Below are positions 19,898 to 28,701 of a stretch of 64,000 nucleotides of DNA, piece by piece. Position 1 is the first letter of the stretch. Each line of letters starts with the position of its first letter. The notes below the pieces were generated by a model. That model searched no databases and was not told the DNA's origin. It worked only from the letters and a program-made list of their open reading frames with translations. Location: positions 2,252 to 66,251 of the forward strand of contig CAZBDA010000011.1 in NCBI GenBank assembly GCA_964490445.1. The letters are read 5' to 3'. The DNA comes from an uncultured Rickettsiales bacterium. Lineage in GTDB: Bacteria > Myxococcota_A > UBA796 > UBA9615. The translations under genes were made by a program, and so were the position numbers.

Positions 19898-21123
19898 GTC
19901 TCGTCCGCCGGATCCAGCTCGCGGCTCAACTCAATGTTGCGAGCGTGCAGCCTCATGTGACCCTTCTGAATCCCCTCGGTGGCCAGCGCACGCAGAGCAC
20001 CGAGGTTCTGCGCGAGACCCACCGCAACGATGATTCGCGCGAGGTCGCGGGCACGGGTCACACCGAGCAGACGCAGCGCAAAGCGAGCCGCTGGGTGCAG
20101 ACGCGTCACTCCACCGATCGTGCCCACCTGGAGCGGCAGCTCGAGTTCGCCGTAGAGGTCACCGTCCTCGAGCACCTGCCAGTTGGAGAGACTGCGGTAC
20201 TGGCCATCGCGGGCCGCCCAGGCGTGAGCACCTGCCTCGACCGCGCGCCAGTCGTTGCCGGTAACCACGACGATGGGGTCAATGCCGTTCATGATTCCCT
20301 TGTTGTGGGTAGCCGCACGGTAGGGGTCGTACCAGGCGAAACGAGCGGCCTCGACGATGCGCCGTGCCACCTCCGAACCGTCCAATTCCGCCACCGAGAG
20401 GTCGGCGGCCGAGATCCGGCAACTGGCCTTGAAGCGACGATGGGCGGCGAGATTCGACAGGATCCGCAAACCGACTCTGCCACCTGCCCAGCCGGCAATG
20501 TCGGCGGCAAGCTCCTCGCACATCGTGTTGACGACGTTGGCTCCCATGGCATCCACGGGATCCACCAGCAGGTGCACGACCAGCACGTGGCCCGCGCCGG
20601 TTTGCTCGGGCTCAAAAAGACGGCACTCGATGTCGCGACAACCACCGCCGGCAGCGACGAGCGCAGGGTCCAGCGCATTGGCCATCTCGATGATCTCGTC
20701 TCGACGTGACTGCACGGCGGCCACCGCCACAGCAGGGTCGGGCACATCGAGGACCTGCACCTGGCCGATCACGAGGTCCTCGAGCACCTCGGTAACAAAG
20801 CCTCCGGTGTTGCGAACCAGGCGCGCCATGTTGGACGCCGCCGCCACCACCGAACTCTCCTCCACCGCCATGGGAACCAGCACCTCGCGACCATCGACCA
20901 CGAAATTGACGGCGATGCCCAGAGGCAGGACGAAGGAACCGATGACGTTCTCGACAAAGCTGTCGAGCAGGCGTGGATCGAGCTTGCCATCCACCGCCAC
21001 GGCGATGGGGTCGCCCTCCTCCAGCCCAGCGGCGGCACGAGCCACCGCCTGCCTCTGCTCGAGGCCGAGACGATAGAAGCCAGGGATCCGGCTCGTCGGC
21101 ATGTCCTCGCTGGCATCGGTCAT
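19894..21123 (-). CDS. mvaA: Class II HMG-CoA reductase
   Basis: ENVIG, EESSVVAA, DAMGAN, THNKGIMNG, GNDWRA, EGIQKGHMRLH. ATG 21123 overlaps the idi stop. Confidence 0.95.
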   Translation of the reverse strand: MTDASEDMPTSRIPGFYRLGLEQRQAVARAAAGLEEGDPIAVAVDGKLDPRLLDSFVENVIGSFVLPLGIAVNFVVDGREVLVPMAVEESSVVAAASNMARLVRNTGGFVTEVLEDLVIGQVQVLDVPDPAVAVAAVQSRRDEIIEMANALDPALVAAGGGCRDIECRLFEPEQTGAGHVLVVHLLVDPVDAMGANVVNTMCEELAADIAGWAGGRVGLRILSNLAAHRRFKASCRISAADLSVAELDGSEVARRIVEAARFAWYDPYRAATHNKGIMNGIDPIVVVTGNDWRAVEAGAHAWAARDGQYRSLSNWQVLEDGDLYGELELPLQVGTIGGVTRLHPAARFALRLLGVTRARDLARIIVAVGLAQNLGALRALATEGIQKGHMRLHARNIELSRELDPADET

Positions 21124-22424
21124 CGGGACTCTCGAACCTCCAGTGCCCGCAGGCCACTCAGTCCGCCGGCACCGCTGCATAGCATTGCAATGCGAAGTTC
21201 CTCAAGGATTCGTCGCCCCAGCGCCAGGACAGCTTGCTGGCTATCGTCGGCAGCCCGGAAGAAAGGCAACGCCATTCCGGCGACATCGGCACCCAGGGCA
21301 ATGGCTCGTGCGACGTCGACGCCGTTGCGCACCCCGCCGGTCGCGATGATCGGAAAGTCGGCACCGAGGGCAGCCCGACACTCGCGCACGGCATCGCCGG
21401 TAGCCAGGCCCCAGTTGCGGAAGGTCTCGCCCATTGCCTGGCGCTCCCGGTCCTCGGCTCGCAGCCCTTCGATCCGCGCCCACGAGGTGCCGCCGCCACC
21501 GCCCACATCGATGGCAGTGGCCCCCATCTCCCGGGCCAACAGCGCCATTGCCGCAGACAGGCCGAAGCCCACTTCCTTGAGAATGACCGGTACTCCAACC
21601 GTAGCGATGAGTGCCTCGACCTTTACTCGCAGGTCCCGCCAGTCACGGTCGCCTTCGGGCTGCACCATCTCCTGGATCGGGTTGAGGTGCAGAGCCAGAG
21701 CATCCGCTTCGACTGAATCGATCAGGCGGCGGCAGTCGTCCACGGAGACTCCGTGGCTCAGCTGGATCCCACCGACATTGGCCAACAGCAGGATGTCTGG
21801 CGCCACGTCACGGACCTGGAACGTGGCAGCCAGCCCATCCTGCTCGAGCAGCACCCGCTGCGAGCCGAGTCCCATGGCCAGCCCGAGCTCCTGTGCGGCA
21901 TAGGCGAGTCGCTTGTTGACCTGTCCGGCCCGCGGCGAGCCACCCGTCATTCCAGCAATCATCAGCGGCGCTTCAAGATGCTTGCCGAGCAGCTCGGTGG
22001 CGAGGTCCATGTCCTCGGGACGCCCCTCGGGAAGAGCGACATGAGGCAGCGTCCAGCGCTCCCAGGCACGCTGCTGCAAGCCGGCCTCGACGTCCTGTTC
22101 GGCGACAATGGACAGGTGACTGTCCTTGCGACGGGAGCTGAGATGCCCCTGCAGGACACGTCCACTATCGCCCTGCCAGTCGAGCACGCTGAGACTCCAA
22201 CGAGTCATCCCTTCCGGCGCTCCCTCGACCTGTTCCCGCACCTGTGCGGTGCCGCTGGCCCGCGAACCCGGGGCGAGGAACAGGCGCAGCGTCACCTCGC
22301 TACCTGAGGTCAGCGGCTGCTCGCAGTCCACCAGCAGAGCGTCCGGCCCAATGGCAGGACACAAGCCCGACCTGCCGTCGATGCGAACAGGCAGGTAGGT
22401 GCCGAGGCGTACCAACTCCCTCAC
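21120..22424 (-). CDS. fni: Type 2 isopentenyl-diphosphate isomerase with an N-terminal PilZ-like domain
   Basis: RRKDSHL, GMTGG, GLGSQR, LHLNPIQE..QPEGD, KEVGFG, GGGGTSW, ATGGVRNG. Extra ~95 aa N-terminal; GTG start with GGAGG SD. Confidence 0.92.
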   Translation of the reverse strand: MRELVRLGTYLPVRIDGRSGLCPAIGPDALLVDCEQPLTSGSEVTLRLFLAPGSRASGTAQVREQVEGAPEGMTRWSLSVLDWQGDSGRVLQGHLSSRRKDSHLSIVAEQDVEAGLQQRAWERWTLPHVALPEGRPEDMDLATELLGKHLEAPLMIAGMTGGSPRAGQVNKRLAYAAQELGLAMGLGSQRVLLEQDGLAATFQVRDVAPDILLLANVGGIQLSHGVSVDDCRRLIDSVEADALALHLNPIQEMVQPEGDRDWRDLRVKVEALIATVGVPVILKEVGFGLSAAMALLAREMGATAIDVGGGGGTSWARIEGLRAEDRERQAMGETFRNWGLATGDAVRECRAALGADFPIIATGGVRNGVDVARAIALGADVAGMALPFFRAADDSQQAVLALGRRILEELRIAMLCSGAGGLSGLRALEVRESR

Positions 22425-24250
22425 GAGGAACCTCCGTCGCCGCTTGCCGCGCGCCCTTCACGGGCAGCGAGCATCCAGCGCACTCCCAGCCCGACAAGAA
22501 CCACCATCAACACAGCCCAGACCAGCCAGTCCGCGCGCGGCGTGTAGGGATTTGCCGGCCACATTACCGGTGAGAACAAGCCATACGCGACCACTGCCAA
22601 CCAGGCCGCCCAGCCACGACGGCCCTCGGGGGTCCGACCACGCCAGCCCAGGAGCAGCAGCAGACTCGCTACCAGCCCGCACAACTGCACGAACCAGTCA
22701 CCCCACCGCACGTAGGGTGTCAGCACCCGCACCTTCTTGACGTCGTAGACCAGCACGCCCCGCTCGAACACGCCGAGCGTGGCAACGAGCTGGCCGCGGG
22801 CATCAGCTACTGCACTGATCCCGGTGGTCGCCGCGCGCACCAACGGCACGCCGTACTGAGCGGCCTGCAGCACCGACAGCATCAGGTGCTGGTGGGGGCA
22901 GCCCGTGTCGCCGAACCAGGCGTCGTAGGTGATGTTCACCAGCAACTCGGCACCGCGATCGACACCACCACGCACGTAGCGATGGCGGATTGCCTCGTAG
23001 CAGATCAGGAACACGAAGTCGGCGGATGCTGTCTCGAAGACTGTCAGCCCATCGCCCGGGGCGAAGTTTCCGACGCCCTGGATCTTCTTGAGGATCGGGA
23101 TGCGATCCTCGAGCGGCATGAATTCGCCGAAGGGGAGCAGGATGTTCTTGTCGTAGGGCGGATCGGCGGCAAGTTCACCGGCTTCGCCCCGCGGGTAGAC
23201 CCGGAATGCGGAGTTGTAACTGGAAGGCTCTCCATCCGCGCCGCGCCGAACCAGGCCACCACCAGTCCACAACTCGGCACCAGTCACCTTGATGAGCTCG
23301 CGCACCCGGCGATTACGTCCCGACTTTGGGCTGCGACGGATGGCCCCCTCGGGCCAGATGAAGACGTCGATGTCGCCGTGCTCCTTCCAGGCCTGCAGGC
23401 TCAAGTCGACGAGATCATCGGCAATCGCCGACCGTCGATCAGCACGCCGCACGCCCAGGCTCTTTTCGCTCTTCGCCCTCTCGACCATCATGCTGCGACG
23501 CTTGAACACGTCCTGGTTGGCTTGCACCAGGGCGACCCGGAAGGTCTCAGCATCCTGCTCGGCAGCTTCGATCCGGCCCCCCTGGTACGCGGACCAACTC
23601 AGCGCGACCACCACGAAGAGCAGCCAGGCTCCCAGGTTGGTCAGCATGGCGCGGTCGATGAGCGGAAGCTCGGGGCTGGCGTGACGCTCCCACAGGTCGA
23701 CCAGGATGCAGTTGCTCAGCAGCATGAAGAACGAGATCCCGGCAACACCGGTCAGGCCAGTCACCAGGAAAAAGCTGCTGAGTTGGTACCAGGTGACGCC
23801 CTGGTAGTAAGGAAACAGCTGCGGATTGAGGTACTCGACCACCGCAAACCAGGCGGCGATTGCCAGCGGCCAATAGCCACGCGACACGCGGCGAATCGGC
23901 TCGAAGCCCCAAGCAAACACGGCCATGTAGAAGCCGAACGCCAGGGAGAACAGCAGCAGGCAGCCTGCTGCCAGCACCCACGGCAGGTTGGAGAAGGTCT
24001 CTACCGTGTAGATAATCCACGAGAAGATGCTCGCGTTGGCAGCAACGCCCACCAGCCAGCCAGCCAGCAGCGCGCGCCGCCCCTGCAGCTTGCTGAGCAC
24101 AAGCAGCGCCGGCACGAAGCCGACCAGGTGCAGCCACCACAGGTTCATCGGCGCCGAGCCCCAGCGCTGGAAGGCACCGGAACAAACCAGGGCAACAATG
24201 GCCAGCGCCACCTGCCATCGCCGCTGCTTGCTTTGGGAGGCTCCAGCCAT
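22421..24250 (-). CDS. lnt: Apolipoprotein N-acyltransferase
   Basis: N-terminal TM helices; nitrilase triad WPEG (E), YDKNILLPFGE (K), LICYEA (C); RAATTGISA. Confidence 0.93.
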   Translation of the reverse strand: MAGASQSKQRRWQVALAIVALVCSGAFQRWGSAPMNLWWLHLVGFVPALLVLSKLQGRRALLAGWLVGVAANASIFSWIIYTVETFSNLPWVLAAGCLLLFSLAFGFYMAVFAWGFEPIRRVSRGYWPLAIAAWFAVVEYLNPQLFPYYQGVTWYQLSSFFLVTGLTGVAGISFFMLLSNCILVDLWERHASPELPLIDRAMLTNLGAWLLFVVVALSWSAYQGGRIEAAEQDAETFRVALVQANQDVFKRRSMMVERAKSEKSLGVRRADRRSAIADDLVDLSLQAWKEHGDIDVFIWPEGAIRRSPKSGRNRRVRELIKVTGAELWTGGGLVRRGADGEPSSYNSAFRVYPRGEAGELAADPPYDKNILLPFGEFMPLEDRIPILKKIQGVGNFAPGDGLTVFETASADFVFLICYEAIRHRYVRGGVDRGAELLVNITYDAWFGDTGCPHQHLMLSVLQAAQYGVPLVRAATTGISAVADARGQLVATLGVFERGVLVYDVKKVRVLTPYVRWGDWFVQLCGLVASLLLLLGWRGRTPEGRRGWAAWLAVVAYGLFSPVMWPANPYTPRADWLVWAVLMVVLVGLGVRWMLAAREGRAASGDGGSS

Positions 24251-24261
24251 CGTGGCGGCGA

Positions 24262-24290
24262 CTGTTAGCACGGCCCGCAGACCTTGTCAG
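24262..24290 (-). promoter_or_regulatory. Putative sigma70-type promoter of the lnt-mevalonate operon
   Basis: Minus strand CTGACA-N17-TAACAG with TGc directly before the -10; 11 nt upstream of ATG 24250, no SD. Confidence 0.45.
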
Positions 24291-24359
24291 GACGAAGCCA
24301 ACGCGCGACCTGCTACCCTGGCGCGCCAGCACTTCTCGCCCTGTTGCGGAGCCATTGCA

Positions 24360-25040
24360 ATGACCACGATCAAGACGCGAGAGATCACCTGCCCTCTGTG
24401 CACAGAGGCGTTCGTGGGCTGGTCAGTACTGGTCGGTCCCGCGAGCGGTCCCCTGGCTTCGGACCTGCGTCGCTACCCCGAGGGGCAAGATCCCATTCCC
24501 AGGCAGCTCAATAGTTGCCCCGTTTGCGGCTACTCGGGCGAAGTGAGCGCCTTCGAGGAGTTCGCGCCGGAGCCGGATCGGCCCGTTGCCGGTGAAGACG
24601 CTAGCCTTCGCGAGCTGGTCGACCGCCATCTGCGGCCACACGCCGCCGAGTGCCATGGCAACCCAGCACTTCGCTACGAGCAGCACGCCCTGCTCGAAGG
24701 TTGGCTGGACAACGGGCCGCTACGCCAGGGCGATGCCTGGTTGCGCGCAGCCTGGATGCACGGCGATGCTGACCATGGCGAGGATGAGCGCCGCTGCAGG
24801 GAGCAGGCCCTGCGCTGCTACCGGCAGGGTCTCGATGAACGCAAGTGGCTGCGTCGCCGAGAAGACATGGTGGTGATCGCCTACCTGGTCGGCGAGCTGT
24901 GCCGACGCCTCGACCAGCGCGACGATGCACTGCGCTGGTTCGAACAGGCTGTCGCCTGGTCCTCGGGCCTCCAGCACATGCAGGAGCTGGTCGAACTCGC
25001 CGAGCGCCAGGCTCGCGACCCTCGAGACCTTGTGCGCTGA
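24360..25040 (+). CDS. DUF2225-like protein (two CxxC motifs plus helical TPR-like C-terminus)
   Basis: CPLC...NSCPVCGYS; AWLRAAW, YLVGELCRRL. Extended -10 TGcTACCCT at 24311-24319. Confidence 0.75.
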   Translation: MTTIKTREITCPLCTEAFVGWSVLVGPASGPLASDLRRYPEGQDPIPRQLNSCPVCGYSGEVSAFEEFAPEPDRPVAGEDASLRELVDRHLRPHAAECHGNPALRYEQHALLEGWLDNGPLRQGDAWLRAAWMHGDADHGEDERRCREQALRCYRQGLDERKWLRRREDMVVIAYLVGELCRRLDQRDDALRWFEQAVAWSSGLQHMQELVELAERQARDPRDLVR

Positions 25041-25086
25041 CGATTGGGGCTACCCCTTTCGCACCGCTGTGCTACACCCTGGCGCC

Positions 25087-26184
25087 ATGAGCAACGCGAA
25101 CGATCTCTCCTTTCGGAATTGGCTCACACCGCGACTCGAGCGCGTCCTGGACGGCGGCACAATCGAGCGAACCGACGCTCTGCGCCTGCTACACGCCGAC
25201 GGTGCCGACTGCTTCGAATTGTTCGCCGCCGCAAACCGCATCCGGCAAGCCTTCCACGGCGACTCGATTCACCTGTGCTCCATCGTCAACGCAAAGAGCG
25301 GGCGCTGCTCGGAAGACTGCGGCTTCTGCAGCCAGTCGGTGCGCTTCCCCAGCGACATCCCAGAGTACGACCTGGTCGACACCGAGACGGTCCTGGCGCA
25401 CGCTCAGCGGGCAAAAGAGAACGCATCTCAGGCACTGGGCATCGTGGCAGCCTGGCGTGGGCTCAAGAAGGGGCCCGAACTGGATGGCGTACTCGAACGG
25501 ATTCGCGCCCTGGCCGCAGAAGAGGGCATCCACGCCGATGCGAGCCTCGGGCTCATCGACGACCCGGACATCCCCGACATGCTCAAGGACGCCGGCCTGC
25601 ACACCTATAACCACAACCTCGAGACCAGCCGGCGCCACTTCTCGACGATCTGCGAGACCCACTCCTATGACGACCGCATCGAGACCCTGAAGCTGATCAA
25701 GGGAGCCGGGATGCGCACCTGTAGTGGCGGCATCTTCGGCATGGGCGAAGAGCTCGAGGACCGCGTGGAGTTAGCCTTCCAACTGCGGGAACTCGAGGTC
25801 GATGTGATCCCCCTCAACTTCCTGAACCCCATGGAAGGAACTCCCATGGCGGGTCGGCCGCTGATGGAACCCATGGAGTGTTTGCGAACCGTCGCGATGT
25901 TCCGCTTCGTCAACCCGAAGACACACCTGATGGTCGCCGGCGGCCGCGAGGTGAACCTGCGCCACCTGCAGCCGCTGATGTTTGCTGCGGGAGCCGACGC
26001 GACCATGGCCGGCGCGTACCTGACCAGTGACGGGAACGCGGGACAGGACGACCTCGAAATGATTCGCGAACTTGGCCTCGACCATGGCCCCGTACAGCCT
26101 GCCTCGACACCGGAAGCGAGCCCTGCCACCGGCGCTGGCCGTCTGCAGGTGATCCCGCCGGGCACATCCCCACCCTCCTGTTGA
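25087..26184 (+). CDS. bioB: Biotin synthase-family radical SAM enzyme (atypical auxiliary-cluster ligands)
   Basis: NAKSGRCSEDCGFCSQS, YNHNLET, CSGGIFGMGE, IPLNFLNP, AGGRE, YLT. Confidence 0.88.
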   Translation: MSNANDLSFRNWLTPRLERVLDGGTIERTDALRLLHADGADCFELFAAANRIRQAFHGDSIHLCSIVNAKSGRCSEDCGFCSQSVRFPSDIPEYDLVDTETVLAHAQRAKENASQALGIVAAWRGLKKGPELDGVLERIRALAAEEGIHADASLGLIDDPDIPDMLKDAGLHTYNHNLETSRRHFSTICETHSYDDRIETLKLIKGAGMRTCSGGIFGMGEELEDRVELAFQLRELEVDVIPLNFLNPMEGTPMAGRPLMEPMECLRTVAMFRFVNPKTHLMVAGGREVNLRHLQPLMFAAGADATMAGAYLTSDGNAGQDDLEMIRELGLDHGPVQPASTPEASPATGAGRLQVIPPGTSPPSC

Positions 26185-26220
26185 CAATTTCTTGACATTA
26201 AACCCGGTATGCTGGACACT
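26181..26220 (+). promoter_or_regulatory. Tandem TTGACA hexamers; putative promoter of the downstream lipoprotein gene
   Basis: TTGACA at 26181-26186 and 26192-26197 (11-bp period); second copy is 17 nt from GACACT (26215-26220). Confidence 0.5.
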
Positions 26221-26247
26221 GCGCATCCAGATCGAGGGACCCCGAAG

Positions 26248-28692
26248 ATGACCACACGGCACGATCCCCTGCCCCGATTCGCTTGCGCGCTGTCGCTGTC
26301 GCTGCTGCTTGCCTTGCCAGGCTGCGCATCCGACCAGGATGAGTACGGGATCCTCGGCCCCCTGCAGCAGAGCGAACAGGCACTCAGCAGTTCGGGAACC
26401 GGTAGCCCCGGCCTGTCCTCCTCAGTTGCCGGAGCCAGCACCGAGGTGTGGGAGGCCAGCAACAAGTGGGCCGACACCAACAACAGCGACGCTCGCCAGG
26501 CGGGCCTGGCCTGGGGCAGCAACTCGGGCCTCAACTGGGAGCAGAAGTACAACGTCTGGATCCAGCAGATGCAGCAGACCGCTACCTACAGCGGCAACGG
26601 CAAGACCTTCCGCATCACCAACCCCCAGGGCAAGACCATCGACGTTCCCTCCCTGGAGTGCGCCGAGCTGGCTCTGATGATGCGGGCCGTGTTCGCCTCC
26701 TGGTACAACCTGCCGTTCTTCCTCGAAGCGAAGGATTCCGCGGGAACCCGCGTGTTCCTAGGCCACTTCGGATTCCGCACCGACAGTGGCCGCTACAAGA
26801 ACACGCCGAACTTCAAGACGAAGTACAACGACTACAGCCACCTGGGCAATGCGGACGCCCTGGCCAGCTGGCCGCAGGACAGCCGGCTGCGCGGACGCCA
26901 CCTATACAGCCGCGGTAACCACGACGACCTGAATCCCTTCCTACACGCGGATGCCGGCGCCGGCTGGTACTTCGACGAGTTGCTGGTCAACAAGCGGGTG
27001 GGACACTTCCTGCTGCTGCTGCTGCCCTACTTCGGTTCGGCCAACCTGGCGGACGACACCAACGCCTACCACGCCACCCCCGAGAGCCTGCGCGCCGGCG
27101 ACATCCTACTCAAGCGCTGGCAGCGGCGCGGTATCGGCCACGTCATGCTCGTCAAGGACGTCGAGCAGCGCCCCGAAGGCAAGATGGCCGCAGAACTCGC
27201 ATCGGGCTCCATGCCGCGACGGCAGGCTGTCTGGGAGAGCCAGGCTGCCACCAAGATGCTGTTCACCAACAAGCTGACGGGCGGCGAAGGCGAAAACCAC
27301 AACGGTGAGCGCTACGTCAACCTCGGCGGTGGCCTGAAGCGCTTTCTGATCGCCGAGTTGAACGGTGGGCGCTGGCGAAACCGGGTGCTTCCTGCCGACC
27401 TCAACACCTACATCCGCTGGTCCAACCGAACCGAGCGAGCAGCACGGCCCGACCGCTTCGCCGAACTCCTGGTCGAGGTTCCCCCCGAGGAGTTGCGCGA
27501 TGAACTGCTGGCCATCATCGAGGCCAAGCGCGAGCACCTACGCAACTATCCAGCCTCCTGCTCGGCCCGCATCGCCCGGGAAGCGGCCTTTGCCGAGTTC
27601 TACGAGTTGATGGCCGACAAGTTCGACATGAGCGTGGACCAGGTCGATGGCGAGTACCGCATTCTCGAAGACTACGTATTTGCAGAGTTGATCTACGACC
27701 AAAGCAAAACCTGTTGCTGGAACAGCACCAACAGCAGCATGTTCGACGTGATCATGAGCTACAACCTGCAGCTTCAGGAAAGCGCCGCCTCGTGCGCATT
27801 GCCCGTGGTGTTCAAGGCCGTAGACGGCGGCTACGAGGTCTTCGCGCAACACGCACAGAGCATGGGCCTGGGCAACCAGTGGGCACCCTGGAATGACGAC
27901 GAGAGTTGCCCCCAGGCAGGCACCCTCAATGACGTGGAAGAGACCCACGGCTGGACCCCCTACTGCGAGGTCGAAGGCTCCATCAATGGCGATCAGCCAG
28001 GCACCGACACGGGCAGTGACCCCTACGAGGTCAACGACCGCCGCGAGCAGGCCTACCCCCTCGGCGAAGGCAGCCACCAGGGCGCCGCGATCAGCAGGGA
28101 CGACGAGGACTGGTTCACGTTCACACCGCCCACAGGCGCCACCGTGCGCATCTCGATCGAGTTCGACCACCGCGAAGGCGACCTCGACATGCAACTGTTC
28201 CGCGGTGCCACCCAGGTCGACCGTTCCAACAGCACCCGCAACACCGAGACGGTCGACAGCATCTTCGACGGAACCGAGCCCATCTCGGCGCGCATCTTCG
28301 GCTACGAAGCCGCTACCGGGCCCTACAGCATCACCGTGCTGTACGAGGGCGGCGTCGACCTGGGCGACCCGTGCGATGACAACAACGAGACCATGGACAA
28401 CGCCTTCGAGATCGATGCCGGTGTCTACAACGGGCTGCGCATCTGCAACTCGGATGTCGATTGGTTCCGCATTCATGCAACCGTCGGCGCAGCTGCCCTT
28501 TCCATCGAGTTCAGCAATGCCCAGGGCAACCTCGACCTCGAGCTCTATCGAAGCAACGGCGAACTCCTCGCGAGCTCGACCTCCAACGGCAACCAGGAAT
28601 CCGTCGCGTCGGGCGTCGGCGTCCGTTACCTCAAGGTCTTTGGTCGAGGCGGAGCCACCGCCGACTACACGCTGAGCATCCTCGAGGACTGA
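26248..28692 (+). CDS. Secreted lipoprotein: uncharacterised N-terminal Cys/His domain plus two C-terminal PPC-like domains
   Basis: Lipobox LPGC; LECAE and GDIL...GHV motifs; repeated DPYEVND...D.DWF...F....GDLD.L (PPC-type) twice. Confidence 0.75.
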   Translation: MTTRHDPLPRFACALSLSLLLALPGCASDQDEYGILGPLQQSEQALSSSGTGSPGLSSSVAGASTEVWEASNKWADTNNSDARQAGLAWGSNSGLNWEQKYNVWIQQMQQTATYSGNGKTFRITNPQGKTIDVPSLECAELALMMRAVFASWYNLPFFLEAKDSAGTRVFLGHFGFRTDSGRYKNTPNFKTKYNDYSHLGNADALASWPQDSRLRGRHLYSRGNHDDLNPFLHADAGAGWYFDELLVNKRVGHFLLLLLPYFGSANLADDTNAYHATPESLRAGDILLKRWQRRGIGHVMLVKDVEQRPEGKMAAELASGSMPRRQAVWESQAATKMLFTNKLTGGEGENHNGERYVNLGGGLKRFLIAELNGGRWRNRVLPADLNTYIRWSNRTERAARPDRFAELLVEVPPEELRDELLAIIEAKREHLRNYPASCSARIAREAAFAEFYELMADKFDMSVDQVDGEYRILEDYVFAELIYDQSKTCCWNSTNSSMFDVIMSYNLQLQESAASCALPVVFKAVDGGYEVFAQHAQSMGLGNQWAPWNDDESCPQAGTLNDVEETHGWTPYCEVEGSINGDQPGTDTGSDPYEVNDRREQAYPLGEGSHQGAAISRDDEDWFTFTPPTGATVRISIEFDHREGDLDMQLFRGATQVDRSNSTRNTETVDSIFDGTEPISARIFGYEAATGPYSITVLYEGGVDLGDPCDDNNETMDNAFEIDAGVYNGLRICNSDVDWFRIHATVGAAALSIEFSNAQGNLDLELYRSNGELLASSTSNGNQESVASGVGVRYLKVFGRGGATADYTLSILED

Positions 28693-28701
28693 GCGAGCCC
28701 G

